Source: Chiloscyllium plagiosum (lineage: Eukaryota). From it: a DNA stretch of 64,000 nucleotides. The first letter of the stretch is position 1. Each line of letters opens with the position of its first letter. Where the stretch lies: positions 22,006,474-22,070,473 of the forward strand of contig NC_057723.1 in NCBI RefSeq assembly GCF_004010195.1. The letters are read 5' to 3'. This document shows, one piece after another, positions 38,979 through 51,926 of this stretch. The position numbers and the translations under genes were made by a program. The notes beneath the pieces were generated by a model. The model was given only the letters and a program-made list of their open reading frames with translations. It searched no databases and had not been told where the DNA came from.

Positions 38979-40609
38979 CAACAGATAGGACAGATTTTCA
39001 TATCCATGAGAAGTTGCAGCCCAGTTTTAACTGAGGCAGTTGTCTAAGTTGAGATTTTAACCCTCCAGTTGCATCACCAAGTGATTCTAGTAACTGGAAT
39101 TAATATTTTTCCAGGACATTGAAAAAGAACAGCTTGTGTTGAGTGATCTTCAACAAATTTGCAACAAGATTCCTTGTTATTTTCTCATATGCAGGACAGT
39201 GCTGCACTTAAATTGTCATTAACTTATTTCAACCACTTATGTTGAAGTAGTGACAAAAATTTAGAATGATCATATTGGTTTTATCATTCTTCCATGTACA
39301 TCCTCCAAACTCCTGTTGTCTTCTGCAGATCTACTTCTCTCCATGACCCTGGGGCTATTCCAATTCTAGCCTCTTGTCAGATTACTGTAAGCATGATCAC
39401 CATAGGCAATTGAAAGCACAGAAGCCAATGTACTAAGCTCTGGAATTCTCCCTCTCCTCTAAGATGGTCCTCAATCTACCTATTTATCAAGTTTAAACAG
39501 CTGCCCTAATAGGTCATGGTTGGAGTATGAAATTGTTACAACAAAATTCTTGAAGAGTCTTGACATATTTTACTGTGTAAAAACTCACTAAGCCTGCACA
39601 GGACTGCTGCTATACCTTCAAATGCTCGCAGCAGATTGATTCTGTCTGAACTGACCCAATTGGACAGACTTTTAAATCAACCTTAAAATCTTCCATAGTG
39701 ATATGCACCCCAAAATTTGAGCTATCAAGGAATTTCCATCCATGTCCTTCCAGTCAACATGAAGTGGCTACCTATACAAGCTGCTACTGCAGCACATCCT
39801 TCTCTTCCTCATCCTTGTCCACTGTCCAGACACACCCTGATATTCCATCATGTAGTCGGATTGTGGTGAAGAGCTACCTACATGGAAGTCCTTGTTTTGT
39901 ACTGTAGACCAGTGGTAGAGGGTATAGTATACAAGCAAAAGGCTGAAAGAACACAGCAAAGCAAGCATCAGGAGGTGGTGAAGTCAACGTTTTAGGTGTA
40001 ACCCTTCTTCAGGGCTCAGAGGGTGTAGTGGCAGTCACATGCAACTTTAAAGTAGGTTTGTGTGATCTAGGCTGCTTGAATTTTAAAATTAAATTAGATT
40101 TGAAACCTTTAAACAGGCCTAACTTTTATTTTGTTACCATACCCTTTTAATTAATATCAAACAAAAGGCAACAAAGCCTAACTAGTTAAAAGGATAAAGG
40201 AGTCTTGTGACTGTACTAACATTCCTATCTCTGGACTAAAATGTCTGATCTGAAGCCCCACCTGCTATGGAGGTGTGTCATAGCATGTTTGAGCAGTTTG
40301 ACTTTAAACAATTGATGGCTGTAAACTGACAGTTACAAGCAACCACTAGGTTGTGACAAGAAAATGCATGCAATTACTTGAAAAATACTACATCTAATGT
40401 CAATGTGGTGTCAGCCTTGCCTCTAGGGTATTTATATTTGAAAATACATATTAGCATGAAACTTAACATTACTCATCTTTAGTTGTGTTATTGGAAGATT
40501 TGAGACACTTAATACATATATATGGCACAAGCTCTTTGAGCCCTGCTATTCTCCTCTTATTCCTCCCCTACTATGCAATGGGCTGAATATTTGCAAATGA
40601 CATTTTATC

Positions 40610-41310
40610 CTGGAAATGCTAGGTAATGCATTTTGGGAGGACTAACAAAAAAGAGACCTTGGAGTGCAGGTTCATAGCTCCTTGAAAGTGGAGTCGCAGG
40701 TCGATCGGGATAGTGAACGCAGCATTTGGCATGCTTTCCTTTATTGGTCAGAGTACTGAGTACAGGAGTTGGGAGGTCATGTTGTGGCTGTACAGGACAT
40801 TGGTTAGGCCACTGTTGGAATATGGTGTGAAATTCTGGTCTCCTTCCTATCAGAAAGATGTTGTGAAACTTGTAAATCTTTTCTCAATCCTTTCAAGGAT
40901 GTTGCCAGGGTTGAAGGATTTGAGCTATACGGAGAGGCTGAACAGGCTGGGGCTGTTTTCTTTGGAGCGTCAAAGGTTGAGGGGTGACCTTAGAGGCTTA
41001 CAAAATCATGAGGGGCATGGATAGGATAAATAGGCAAAGTCTTTTCCCTGGGGTGGGGGCATCCAGAACTAGAGGGCATAGGTTTAGGGTGAGAGGGGAA
41101 GATATAAAATAAACCTAAGGGTGATACTTGTATGGAATGAGCTGCCAGAGGAAGTGGTGGAGGCTGGTACAATTGCAAACATTTAAAAAGCATCTGGATA
41201 GGTATATGAATAAGAAGGGTTTAGAGGGACATGGGCCAGGTGCTGGCAGGTAGGACTGGTCAGCATGGACGGGTTGGACCAAAGGGTCTGTTTCCATGCT
41301 GTACATCTTT
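40610..41310 (+). mobile_element. CR1 LINE 3' fragment
   Basis: LYRTLVRPLLEYGVKFWSP peptide and CR1 3' UTR. Confidence 0.9.
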
Positions 41311-42821
41311 ATGAATAAGAGTACATGCAAGGCAAGGGCGTACACTTTTTAAATCCTCAGGTTTACCATTCAGAGGGACCTTGGTATGCATATTTATAGA
41401 TCCTCAAAAGCAGCAGGACCTCTGGTAGATCGTGATTAAGCATAAGATACTTGCCTTTATTATTTAAGGCACTGAATACAAGAGTGAGGAGATTGCTGGA
41501 GCTGTATACAATATTAGTTAGGCAACACTAGCCAATGTGTAGTTCTGGCTCCCAGTTACAGAGAAGACAATTGCATTAGAGGTGGTTAAACAACAGGGAG
41601 GTAGAGTTGGGAGCATTTTGTCTCAAAACAATTCAAATCTCTACTTGAGGTAGAGTTTGGCAAGTATGTATATAGTGAACACAAGGAGTTCCAGTTTGAA
41701 CTCAAGCATTTTAGACAGGACACCAAGTCTATTTCATATGGGGATTAAGGGGAAAATAATTTGGCCTTTTGTTTACAAAGCAAGCAACAGAATAGAGCTA
41801 CATTGTATTTTTTAAAAACACTAGCAAGTAACATTCTTGGCTAGGCTGCAATGCAGAGTTTGAAAGTCACCACATTGTTCTTTTAGAATCCCATTTCTAA
41901 TCAGTAACTTTCCACAAAAATTGGTAATTCTTGAAGTAAAACAAAAGGCACTCAAATGCAATCCAAATTTGCAATTGTTATTTATTTGTCTTCACTCTCC
42001 AAGTAGAGTTTGCATCAGTATGGTTCATAGATTTTACACTAACTATACCAGATACCACCAGGTCTCTGTGCCACAAGTCTCAATTGTGCAAAAGATTCAT
42101 TCTCACTCAAATGTATTTTTAAAAAGCCTTTAAAAAGTTACATCTTAAGTTTCAATCAGCAGCCATACATTAATTTCTCCAGTTCAGCATCTTAAAAGTC
42201 ACTGGAATTTCAGCCAAGTGGAAACATTTCTCTTTTCATTACTGGCTGTGGTGCACACACCAATGCACAGTTTGTGAAAGGTATATAATTATTTAACGTA
42301 TCTATTCTGAATAAATACTGGTAACCCACCCAAATAAAAAATGCTGCATCACCAAACGTTTGAATAAAAAAAAGTTACTTTAAGGGCAGATTTAGGGGAC
42401 AAGTGAAGGCAGTATTGGTGATTGTGATGTACCCAACTTTCCATGCCTGCATGGCCAAGAAAAACGTCACTTAGGACACTTATCGCCTCTACATCAACAC
42501 TCGCTTCATACGACTTTAAACATTAAAAACAAACTTCTTCGACAACCCAGCACACTTAGCGAAAATAATTTCAAAGTAATTGGAGCGATATATTGTATTT
42601 GAAATCCAGTCACACGCGGCCTTAACAGCTGAAGGCCATAGCACATCCTGGGCATTTAGATCTAGAATGAACACTAAGCAGAAAAAAAATAAATAAAACG
42701 AAAATATATAAATCGAAATAAAAAGTTGACTATAATACACATGGCGATTTTCTTGGCTTTTGAAGCAATGACATTTCCCATTTCCAAAGGCACCACGCGA
42801 ATTTCAGGTGCACACCACCTA

Positions 42822-44413
42822 CTAGCGGCAGGTACAGGTCGTAGCGATCATATCTTCGTACTCTTTGTAAACTATGGAGCCATCGTTTTCCAGGGTTAAC
42901 ACGCTCAGTGGATTATATTTGGCGGGGACACAGGAAGGGCGAGGGACTGAGGAGTCCACCTTTTCGTAGAGGATGTTCTGGATCAGGGTGTGCACGGGGG
43001 AGCCGTAGCGGTGGCTGAGTGCCCGGGGACAGCTGCCCTTACAGAAGCGAGGGTTGTAGTTGTGCGGGGCGATGATCCAGCGGTCCCACCGGAGCTGGCT
43101 GAAAGACAGTCGGAAATCGTGCAGCTGGCACTCGTGATCCGGATACGGGAAGGGAGGAAAGGCAGCGGCAGAGTGTGCCTGGGCATCGCCTCCGGGACCT
43201 CTGCGAAGTCGGATGGACCTCACGGCCAGCTTCCTCCTGCGCCCCCCGGGGAACGGGCTCCTCTGGGCATCTGTCTGCAGCCAGCTCCGGCGAGACTCTT
43301 CGGCGGTGTCGTTGAGGAACAGGAGCAGGGAAGGAGCGGTCAGACCCTGCCTGAGCCCGCTGCAGCCTCCCCGTCTCCGGCCGCCCTCGGTGCACTGGTA
43401 GGTGAACACTGCGTGGAGCTGCCCCCTCTCGGGGCCGATGAACGGCTGCAGGAAGGAGGCGAGCTCCACTTCCAGCCACTGGCGCCTCTTGCGGCGTTCA
43501 AATCGAAGGCGGAAGGTGTGTGAACGCGGAGAGCTGGAGCACATCTGAGCGGGAGCCCCCTCCTCTTGGATAGTCAGGCTGCAGTTACACACCGTCGGAA
43601 AACACGCCGATTTATCGACGGGGTACAGGAATACTGATCGGAGCAACTGCTCCCGAGAGGTCACAGGATCCAAACCATAAAAGACATCTTGCTCAAGTAC
43701 ATCTGCAAAGAGGAAACATCGCCAGATGAAACTCAACAAGTGTCAATATTGGACAGGAACCAACCCATGTTTTAAAATGGAGATTAAAGCCCAAAATAGT
43801 TTTAAATGGAATTGAGACCTCTGTTATAAACATGATTATTATATAACAAAAGACACCCACCAATCGGAGGAGGAATGTTTATAAATTGTCACTTTCAATC
43901 TACAGGAATCGTTTAAGATATGTCTATTCAAGTGGTTTTAACACCAGAACGTCGAAAACAATGTAACTCGAAATGTATTTTCCCCACTCACGGAAAAGCA
44001 AGGCACAGATTTCCCTGCATATGTAAAAGAAATTTCCTTTGCAGAGTTACCAATATTCTAAACTCGAGGTTACCTTCTATATCACGAGACTCGACCCGGG
44101 GTGTTAGTAACCTCACGGTGTTATATCGCTGAGCTGCTGGTCTTTTGGGTATTCCATCCTGTGTAGCGCACATAGTGTATAATCTTTTCATGTACTTTAA
44201 GTACTTTGCATCGGGTTTTGTAGGAACCCGAAAATCCCAGCCGGGTTTTTCCATTAGAACTTCTAGGAGAGGAACTGGAATATAATCCTGGGGATTCGAG
44301 GTTACCTCTGGACCGGCAGAGCTAATGGATGTGGTAGGAGAGATACAACTGCTCAATAATGCTAGCCAAATAATACAGTGAAGATGCATTCCAACACTCC
44401 TCACAAGGTGCAT
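42822..44413 (-). CDS. GDF9: Growth/differentiation factor 9; CDS complement(join(42822..43702,44074..44413)), ~406 aa (alternative ATG at 44389)
   Basis: Signal peptide; YMKRLY...GIPK...YNTVRLLTP prodomain; single 371-bp phase-1 GT-AG intron; RLRR furin site (43200-43211). The TGF-beta domain CQLHDFRLSFSQLRWDRWIIAPH...YGSPVHT...PRPSCVP...YKEYEDMIATTCTCR has Ser in place of the dimerisation Cys. Synteny with UQCRQ and LEAP2 distinguishes it from BMP15. Confidence 0.97.
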
Positions 44414-44469
44414 CGTCTTTAAAACGAAGATTAACCCACTATACTCGAAAAAGTTACTCCGCTCAATAG

Positions 44470-44720
44470 AATTGGAAACAGATGGTCTCTCACCCTTATA
44501 AAGAGGCTGTATCGGACCTGTTTTGGGAGGGGGTGGGTGGAGTGCCAGGTCAATAATCTTATTAAGGCCATTAAGAAATAATTTAATAATCGGTGAAGCG
44601 TCAACCCCTCTACATGACTCGCAAGAATGTTGAGATTGGGATGAGTGTGGTTTGTCAAGGTGGAACAAGACTCGCTACATTGCCAGTTAATGCCTTAATC
44701 AGAAACAACATGTGAAGTAA
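44470..44720 (-). promoter_or_regulatory. GDF9 proximal promoter (TATAA at ~44495-44501)
   Basis: ctttataaggg on the minus strand ~85 nt above the ATG; nearby aggtca, tcaaggt, taatc and E-box-like motifs (function not shown). Confidence 0.55.
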
Positions 44721-47239
44721 CTCGCGATAAGCTACCACTTCAATGCTTCATTTTTAAGACTTTCCAATTATTTATTATGACTTCTGTGCTTCTTATGTAC
44801 TCCCTTCTTCCCGTTGTTTTGTGATGCCTTCCTCTGCTGCTATTGTATCGTTGCGAGTCTGGTTGATGGTCTTGTGTTGGGCGCCGCCAGTATTAACCTT
44901 GATCCCGACCTCCTGCAGGCCTCATTCATATCCCTGTTTCTAATTTCTCGTCTGCTGTTAATCTTTCTTCGTTTTTGCAACCGCTGAGCAGTTGTTAATG
45001 TGTCCCATGAGTTAACTTAAGGCGTTTCTTTAGCAGCAACAGAATTGATATCAGTTCATCGGTTTGCTAATCACTTTAGTTTAAAAATACATGCTGATGG
45101 GTACACTGAACAAATTGCTTGAAACTTTAACTTTCTCTTCGCAGGTACTGGTGAGGTCGTCATTTTCCGGTTTTATTCGCCAATTCTAGCAAATACATCG
45201 GATTTTCCTGTGTGTGTTTGTTTGAAATTAATCACGGATCAGGGTTGAGACAAAGTGGGTGGTCGTGTTTTCTGGAATCCTCGAATATGCAAAAAACCAC
45301 TTTGCATTTGTTTCAGATGTTCACATTAGATGCTGTGGTTTTTAAATGGTCAGTTTTGTTAATTAGAAATGTCCATGTTACACATGACATGGCCACCACT
45401 AATTGCTGTTGAGAAGCTGCTGAGCTGCCTTCTGTCACTCTGGTGAAGATACTTCCACTGCTGTAGTAGAGAGGTTTACAAGGATTTTCATTTCTTGACT
45501 AAAAATGAGGTGCAATATTTTCAAGTCAGGATGATGGTGGGTAACTTGTAGGTAGTGGTGCCCCTGTGTGTCTGCTGCCCTTCCCCTTCCAATTGTTAGA
45601 AGTCCGATGTTTGAAAGATGCTGTGTGAAGATTCCTTGGAAAGTGGTTGTAGTTGGTAGACACTGTTTACACCATCCAATGATGGTGGAATGAGTGTATG
45701 CTGTAGCAGCTGGATGGGGTGGTACTCAAGCAGCATGCCTGATCCTGATTGTTGTTGCATTTTGGCACTGTCTTCATTCAGGCAAGTGAGGAGTATTTCA
45801 TCTCACTCCTGAACTGTGTATCTTGTTAATGTTAGAAAGGGTCTAGTGGTTTGATCAGTCACTTGCTGCAGAATAACCATCCTTTACAAGCAATTACTGC
45901 TTTTGTTTGGTTTTCCGGCCAACTGGGTCTCCTTTAATGTTGATGTTGGGTAAATCTATGTTTTGCGATGTTAAGGGGGGAGATGATTAAATCATCTTTG
46001 CTTGGAAAGGTCAAACAATGCTGCACATGGGCTGCTTCCTCCTTGAGGAGCTGTGAATGGAACAGAACACTGTAATCACTAGGGAGCGTCCTACTTCTGA
46101 CCTTCGTGATGGAAGGAAATACATTAAAATAGCTGTACATGGTTAGCTTAGGATATTGTTCTGAGGAATTGTTTGATTATATCGTCTCACTTAAAAGCAT
46201 GATTATATGCTAGAGATCTAAAAGTAAAATGTTTATTTAAATTTTAAAAAAGAAGTGGGTCTACCAGCATCTGTGGAACAAGAAGCGATTAACATTTTGA
46301 GTCAAGTTTGAATCTTCAGACTGAGGGGTGGAAATATGAAGTTTCATTTGTTGAAAATAAGTGTCAGTTGGAGAAATCTGTCCCTGATCTTGCTTCTGTT
46401 TCATCTTTCAATTTTTACGCACTTGCCTATTGCACATCTGTCTGTCATACAAATTTGACATCAGTTCTTTTTAGATGCCAACAGATTATAACTTAGTCTA
46501 TTTTCAGATGCAGATATAACACCTCTTTATTAGTTGCTTGTATTTTGCATTATGATTTTTGATTAAAAGGATTACTGGAAAGTACCTGAATAAAGTTGGA
46601 ATACAAAAGTCTGGACGTGATGGATCAATATGTTTGACCTGTAATAGAATACTGTGCTGTCATTGTTATTTGAGCATACATTTTGGAAAATATGCTTAGC
46701 ATTTGGCAGAGGTACGGTGTAGATTCATAGGAATGGGACACCTTAAAGAGTAAAATTGATAGGTTGCATTAACTTTGAGATCAATTGACTTTGGGAAGTT
46801 TTGAGCTGATAAAGGAAGCAGATACAGAGAAACTGTATACACAATTTGAGGAAATCCTGAACAAGAGGTCAAAATCTTAATTTGTTTTTCTTTTTTGAAA
46901 GTAAAATAATAAAGTGCGCTTTTAACATAAAGTGGAAATGAGAAACTCATTCCTGCAAAGGCCTCATGCAGCTAGCTCAATTGAAATTTTCGATACTGGA
47001 TTTGAAAAGTTTTGTTTAACAAGGGTATTCAGGGATTTGGAGTAAAGTGGGTAAATTAGATTAAAATGTGAATCATCCACTGAATGGCAGAAAATAAATT
47101 AATTGACTGGCAGCCTTGTGTTCCTCTATTTTTAAACACTTTCACATTTTCCTCTGCTTTAAGTTTCTAAAGCACACTGTTTTATTTTAATCATGTACAT
47201 TTATTGCATATTCTGAATTTGTGTCCTAATCAAGAATTG

Positions 47240-47690
47240 TTGAGCACATAAATCACAGCTGACACTTTAGTCCAGTAGTGAAGGAGTGCTGCATTACCTA
47301 AGGTCCCCTTTTCAATGAGATTCAAAGGTTGTTGAGAGAACTGTAGGTGGAATGTAACTTTCAGGCCACAACTACATCAGCTATGATCTTGGTAAATGGT
47401 GGAGTAAGTTAGCTTGAATGGCCTACTCCATAGTGAAGTGAAAGGTCCTCTGGCACCATTTAAAAAGAAGCAGGTTTTATTTTGGGATTGTTTTATTTCC
47501 TAATGTCCAGATAATTACTTATCTCAACTCTTAATCTAGAAAATAAATCTTATCCAGCTGAAATCACAATTCTGTTCATAAGAACTTTGTGCATAAATTG
47601 TCTTCTGTGTTGCCTATGTTGCAACAGTAATTACACTTCAAAAGTACTTATTGTAAAGCATCTCCTGGTTGTGAAAGATGAATGAATTAA
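47240..47690 (+). mobile_element. Ancient DeuSINE/SacSINE1-like remnant
   Basis: gctgacact...cagtagtgaaggagtgctgca (Deu-like) and tail cacttcaaaagtactt...gtaaagc; a related minus-strand piece lies at ~50690-50800. Confidence 0.45.
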
Positions 47691-47703
47691 TGATTTTATG
47701 AAT

Positions 47704-48595
47704 TTGTTATAAAGTGGAGGTTGACCCCCCTCCTTCTGAGAACCAAAACCTCCAAGTAAGAGCACCTTGCCCCATCATCTGTAAGAGGAGTGACAAATGG
47801 TATAATCACTAGAAGTTGTTCAAAGGCAGGTTAAGTAAAATAAACCTCTGACAGTCACTTTTTAACATACAGTAACAATTTATTTATCCAACTCTTAACA
47901 GTGAACAAATTAACTAAACTATTAACAAACCAAATAAATCCCTTTTAACTGCTAACTATTCCTGAATAAAGTAAGATTCTAATGGTATGCTGTTCCGATA
48001 GATAGAAGTCCCAGTTTTTTTTATTAGAAAAAGTAGTTTAGTCTCTCAAAATTACAGCCAGGTTATGTCTTCTGAAATGTCCTGTGCCTTCTCCATCAAT
48101 TAGTCTGTTTGGAGTGTTGACTGATTGTGCCATTGATACTGCTGTTACTGAAATGGTGCTTTCTCTAAGACATAGAGGAGACTGTGAGAGCCAACGATTC
48201 TGTAGAGAGCTGTTGGCTCTGACTGGTGGCAGCTAGCTCTCGGATCTTTGTCCAACTGCCACCTTATTTTATACCCTTGATGACCTATCAATATCTCTTA
48301 CAATGGGATTGCTCTTGTGTTGTCAAAACCATCAGACTTAAATTTAATAGGCTTTTGGTATAGAAGTACCTGGTACAAATTGACTAAATCCTGCTTTCTT
48401 AGTTTAAAAACTGCTGCTTGGCCTACTAACTATATGGTCTTTCAATACAATTGTTTCAATTCGGGTGCTCTCTGTGTATTTGCAAGCATTCAAGCTACTG
48501 CTCAAAGACATCCGTTTTAAATCTCTAAGCACTGAAAAACCATGTGATCTCTTAAAGTGACTGCACAATGCTTTCCCTCCAGCACTTTACAAACA
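47704..48595 (-). mobile_element. Probable solo LTR
   Basis: Begins tgttata, ends ...aaaca; internal minus-strand TATA (ttttata ~48267) and AATAAA; no clear TSD. Confidence 0.45.
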
Positions 48596-48849
48596 CCAAA
48601 TTCTAACTTCCTACCTCCCAGTTTCCAAGTACTCTATCCAACTTCACAACAATTGAATGATTTTATTGTCATATGAATTGGTGAGAAATACAGTAAACTA
48701 CATAGGAAAATTTCATGTATCACTACAATACTGTGCTATTTTGATAGTTTTAATAAAAAGCGATTAACTTAGAGGACCATCTATATTCCAATCCTGAGTC
48801 ACTCAGGACCATTAATAACTTGCTGTCTATACCAGACCCAAATAACATT

Positions 48850-50080
48850 GAAACAAAAACATTGTTGGAAAAGCTCAGCAGGTTTGGCAGCATCTGTGGA
48901 GAGAAATCAGAGTTAATGTTTAGATCTATTCATCCTTCCTCAGAATTGATGGTAGCTATGACAGTTTTGTTTCTGCAGAAGATAAGATGAGGGGAATGGA
49001 GTAAGGAGTAAATGATAGAGCCCAGAGAGAGAGAAGAACTGGATTAGGGTGTCAGCTTTGATTTGTGCTCAACAATTCTTGATTAGGACACACATTCTGA
49101 ATATGCAATAAATATCAGTGATTAAAATAAAGTATGCATTGGACAGACAAAGGAGTGGATAATAATTAGTTAGGAGTATGAATTGCTACTAATGAGGATT
49201 ATTAATGGCTGACAATGTGTTATGTAATAGCAGAACATATGACAACAAGGCCTGGTTTGGGGTAAGGATGTGGGAGAAGGTGCCTCAAGCCTTAAAATTA
49301 TTGAACTCTGAGTCCAGAAGGCTGTAGAGTTCCAAAGTGGAAAATGTGTTGCTGCTCTTCCTGACTGAGCTGAGCTTTGCTTTGCTGGAGCACTGCAGCA
49401 AGCCTGAGACAGATGTTGGCCATGGAGCTAGCTGTTGGAGTGGCAGGTAGCTGCAAGCTTAGGGTCTATTTTTGCGGTCAGAACCCAAGTAGAGGAGACT
49501 ATATTGTGAGCAGTGAATGCAGTAGACTAGATTGAGTGAATTGCAGGTAAAACGCTGCTTCAACTAGGTGTGTTTGGGCCCTTGGATACTGAGGAGGAAG
49601 TAAATAGGCAGGTGTTGCACTTTCTGTGGTTGCAGTGGAAGGTGCCATAGGGCTGTGAGGGATGTTGGGAGTGGAGGAGAAGTGGACCAGAGTATCCCAG
49701 AGGGAGCAATCCTTTGCACAAGACTGACGAGAGGAGGGGACTATGTCTGGTGGTGGTGATGGAAATGGTAGCTAATGATCCTCTGAATGTGGAATGGTAG
49801 GTGAACACAAAGGGGTCCCTATTGCTGTTGTGGGAGGGAAGAGAAGGGTGCGGGCTGAAATGTGGGAGATGGGTTGGACCTGGCTGAGATTCCTGTCAGT
49901 GCTGGAGAATCCTTGTTTGAGGAAGAAGGTGGACATTTCGAAGGACCCCACAGAACAGATTCAATAGAAAGGGAGGAACTTGGAGAATGGGATAGAGTCT
50001 TTATAAGAAACAGGATGTGAGGATGTACAGAAAAAGTAATTGCGGCAGTTGTTTGTTTTTTAGTATATATTGGTGAAGGG
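48850..50080 (-). mobile_element. Penelope-like (Neptune-type) element remnant
   Basis: PYGTFHCNHRKCNTC Cys motif preceding a decayed GIY-YIG region; terminal ggaaaagctcagcaggtttggcagcatctgtggagag. Confidence 0.65.
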
Positions 50081-51529
50081 AAGAGGAGGAAGGTTCTGGA
50101 GGACTGTAGGTATCTTCAAGTTGTTATAATGTCGAAGCTACGGATGCTCAGCTGCCATCTTTCACCGCTGGGCTGATTCACTTTTACCACCACCTGCGCT
50201 GTATCCACCATCATTGGAATTTCTTGCCACTGCCCACCTCATCAATGTTACTGTGATGCCCTTCCACCATGACTTCAACAGTGCTGGACCCAACTAACAA
50301 TGAATGCTGCGCAGGTACAAGTCTGCCTATACATAATATTATTTTTATATATAGTATAATATTCAGTATTGTTTGCAAATTGTCCAGTATTAGGCATTTT
50401 TAAATTGTTCTGAGATGGCTATGCCAGTTATTTGTAATACTTTGGACTAAAAGTGAAAAATCATAACTTGTGAAATCAACAAATTGCAATTTCTTAAAAG
50501 AATCTGTTGGTTCCTTACCGAAGCATAGATTTTACTTTGATGCCTTGAAGTTTACTTGAAGATCAATATGGTGCAATATCACACTCGGAAGATTTACATC
50601 ATTCTGCAGAGGCCAAATAAATACTTAAGTTCCATGCCATCATTTCCGGTCATTGCATTTGATTCTCCGATTGTACTCTTGTTTAAAGTTGCATCCAAAG
50701 GAGAGCACTTATGAAAATGCAGCTTTCCCTCAGCACTCCGTTTTAATGCTCAAAGATTCAGAGTGAGGCTTGAACCTATGGAACCCAGTCTTCACTGCAA
50801 AGTAAAACTTAATCACTTCACCTCTTGTGGTTAAAAATTGTAATTGCCAGACCAGCATTTTAGATCGGTGAGTGGCACTCCTGTAGGGGGCAGCAAATGA
50901 ACTTTTTAATAGATAAATTCATTTCTTTCTGGCTGGTGTTATTCCTTTGCAGTTTTTGTCAAGGGCCATAATTGGATGGTCACATTGCATTCATGAAAAT
51001 GAATACTCAACCGAGCTAAATCCATCCATTCAGCAAGTTCTTAAAGTTATCTCATTAGTGTTCAAATATTTCCGGAGTTTTCACCTTTAGTCTATCTGCC
51101 TAATCAGTTCATTGGTTTCTTCCTATGTCAAGGTGAACTTCCTGGTACCAGTCTCAAAATTATTTCTTGTCTCCTTGCTTGTTATTGAAATATAATTCAA
51201 AGTAATATTTGGATTTTTTTCAATCCCCAAAACATTTTAAGTACGCCATAAGCTTAATTTGTTTCAGGACTGAAAAGCACAAGTTTTTAAAATTCTTTTT
51301 GATAAACCAGACTTGATTCTGGAGATTTTTTTTTCCCTTGCATTTGAGGCTTTTTCTCTGCAGTGCTTCATGTGTACGATTGTTACTCTAGCTGACCAGA
51401 TGTGTGCACACATTACGTAGCTGTCATCTGACCAGGACACTGTATAATACAGGCACAATTTCCTCTGACATTCATTCTAATGCATTAGCTCTGCCATTCA
51501 GTATTTATTTTGTTAATTATTAATTGGAC

Positions 51530-51700
51530 ACAGGGGTCAGTTAGCTTAATTGGCTGGATGGCTGGTTTGTGCTGTAGACTGACACCAACAGCACAGGTTC
51601 AATTCTGGCACTGATTGAAGTCATCATGAACATACTGCCTTCCTTATCTCACCCATGGTCTGCGGCATGGTGACCCTCGGGAGGACTATGGTGACTTTAT
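51530..51700 (+). mobile_element. tRNA-derived SINE (non-HE1)
   Basis: A-box tagcttaattgg, B-box ggttcaattct. Confidence 0.5.
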
Positions 51701-51926
51701 TGATTGGACATATTTTGTATTGATTCTGCCATGACTTATGGCTTAAGTTCATCCTTAGATATTTCAAGACCATTCAGTATTTGCTTATGTTTCCTTCCTA
51801 AATGCAATTACTTGCACTTGTCAACAATAAACCTTACTTGTCAATATTTACTGCTTTCATGTTTTTACTAACTCAATTTGTAATGTCTTTGGTATTGGTT
51901 CCAACACTGCATTTTAGCTTTGTACT

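Noticed and set aside
42983-43523. Overlapping alternative-frame and antisense ORFs within GDF9 exon 2
   Set aside because: Expected by-product of high GC content (few stop codons); no recognisable protein.
44414-44668. Upstream extension of ORF 43988..44668
   Set aside because: It starts at a non-ATG codon and crosses the TATA box; the signal peptide begins at 44413 or 44389.
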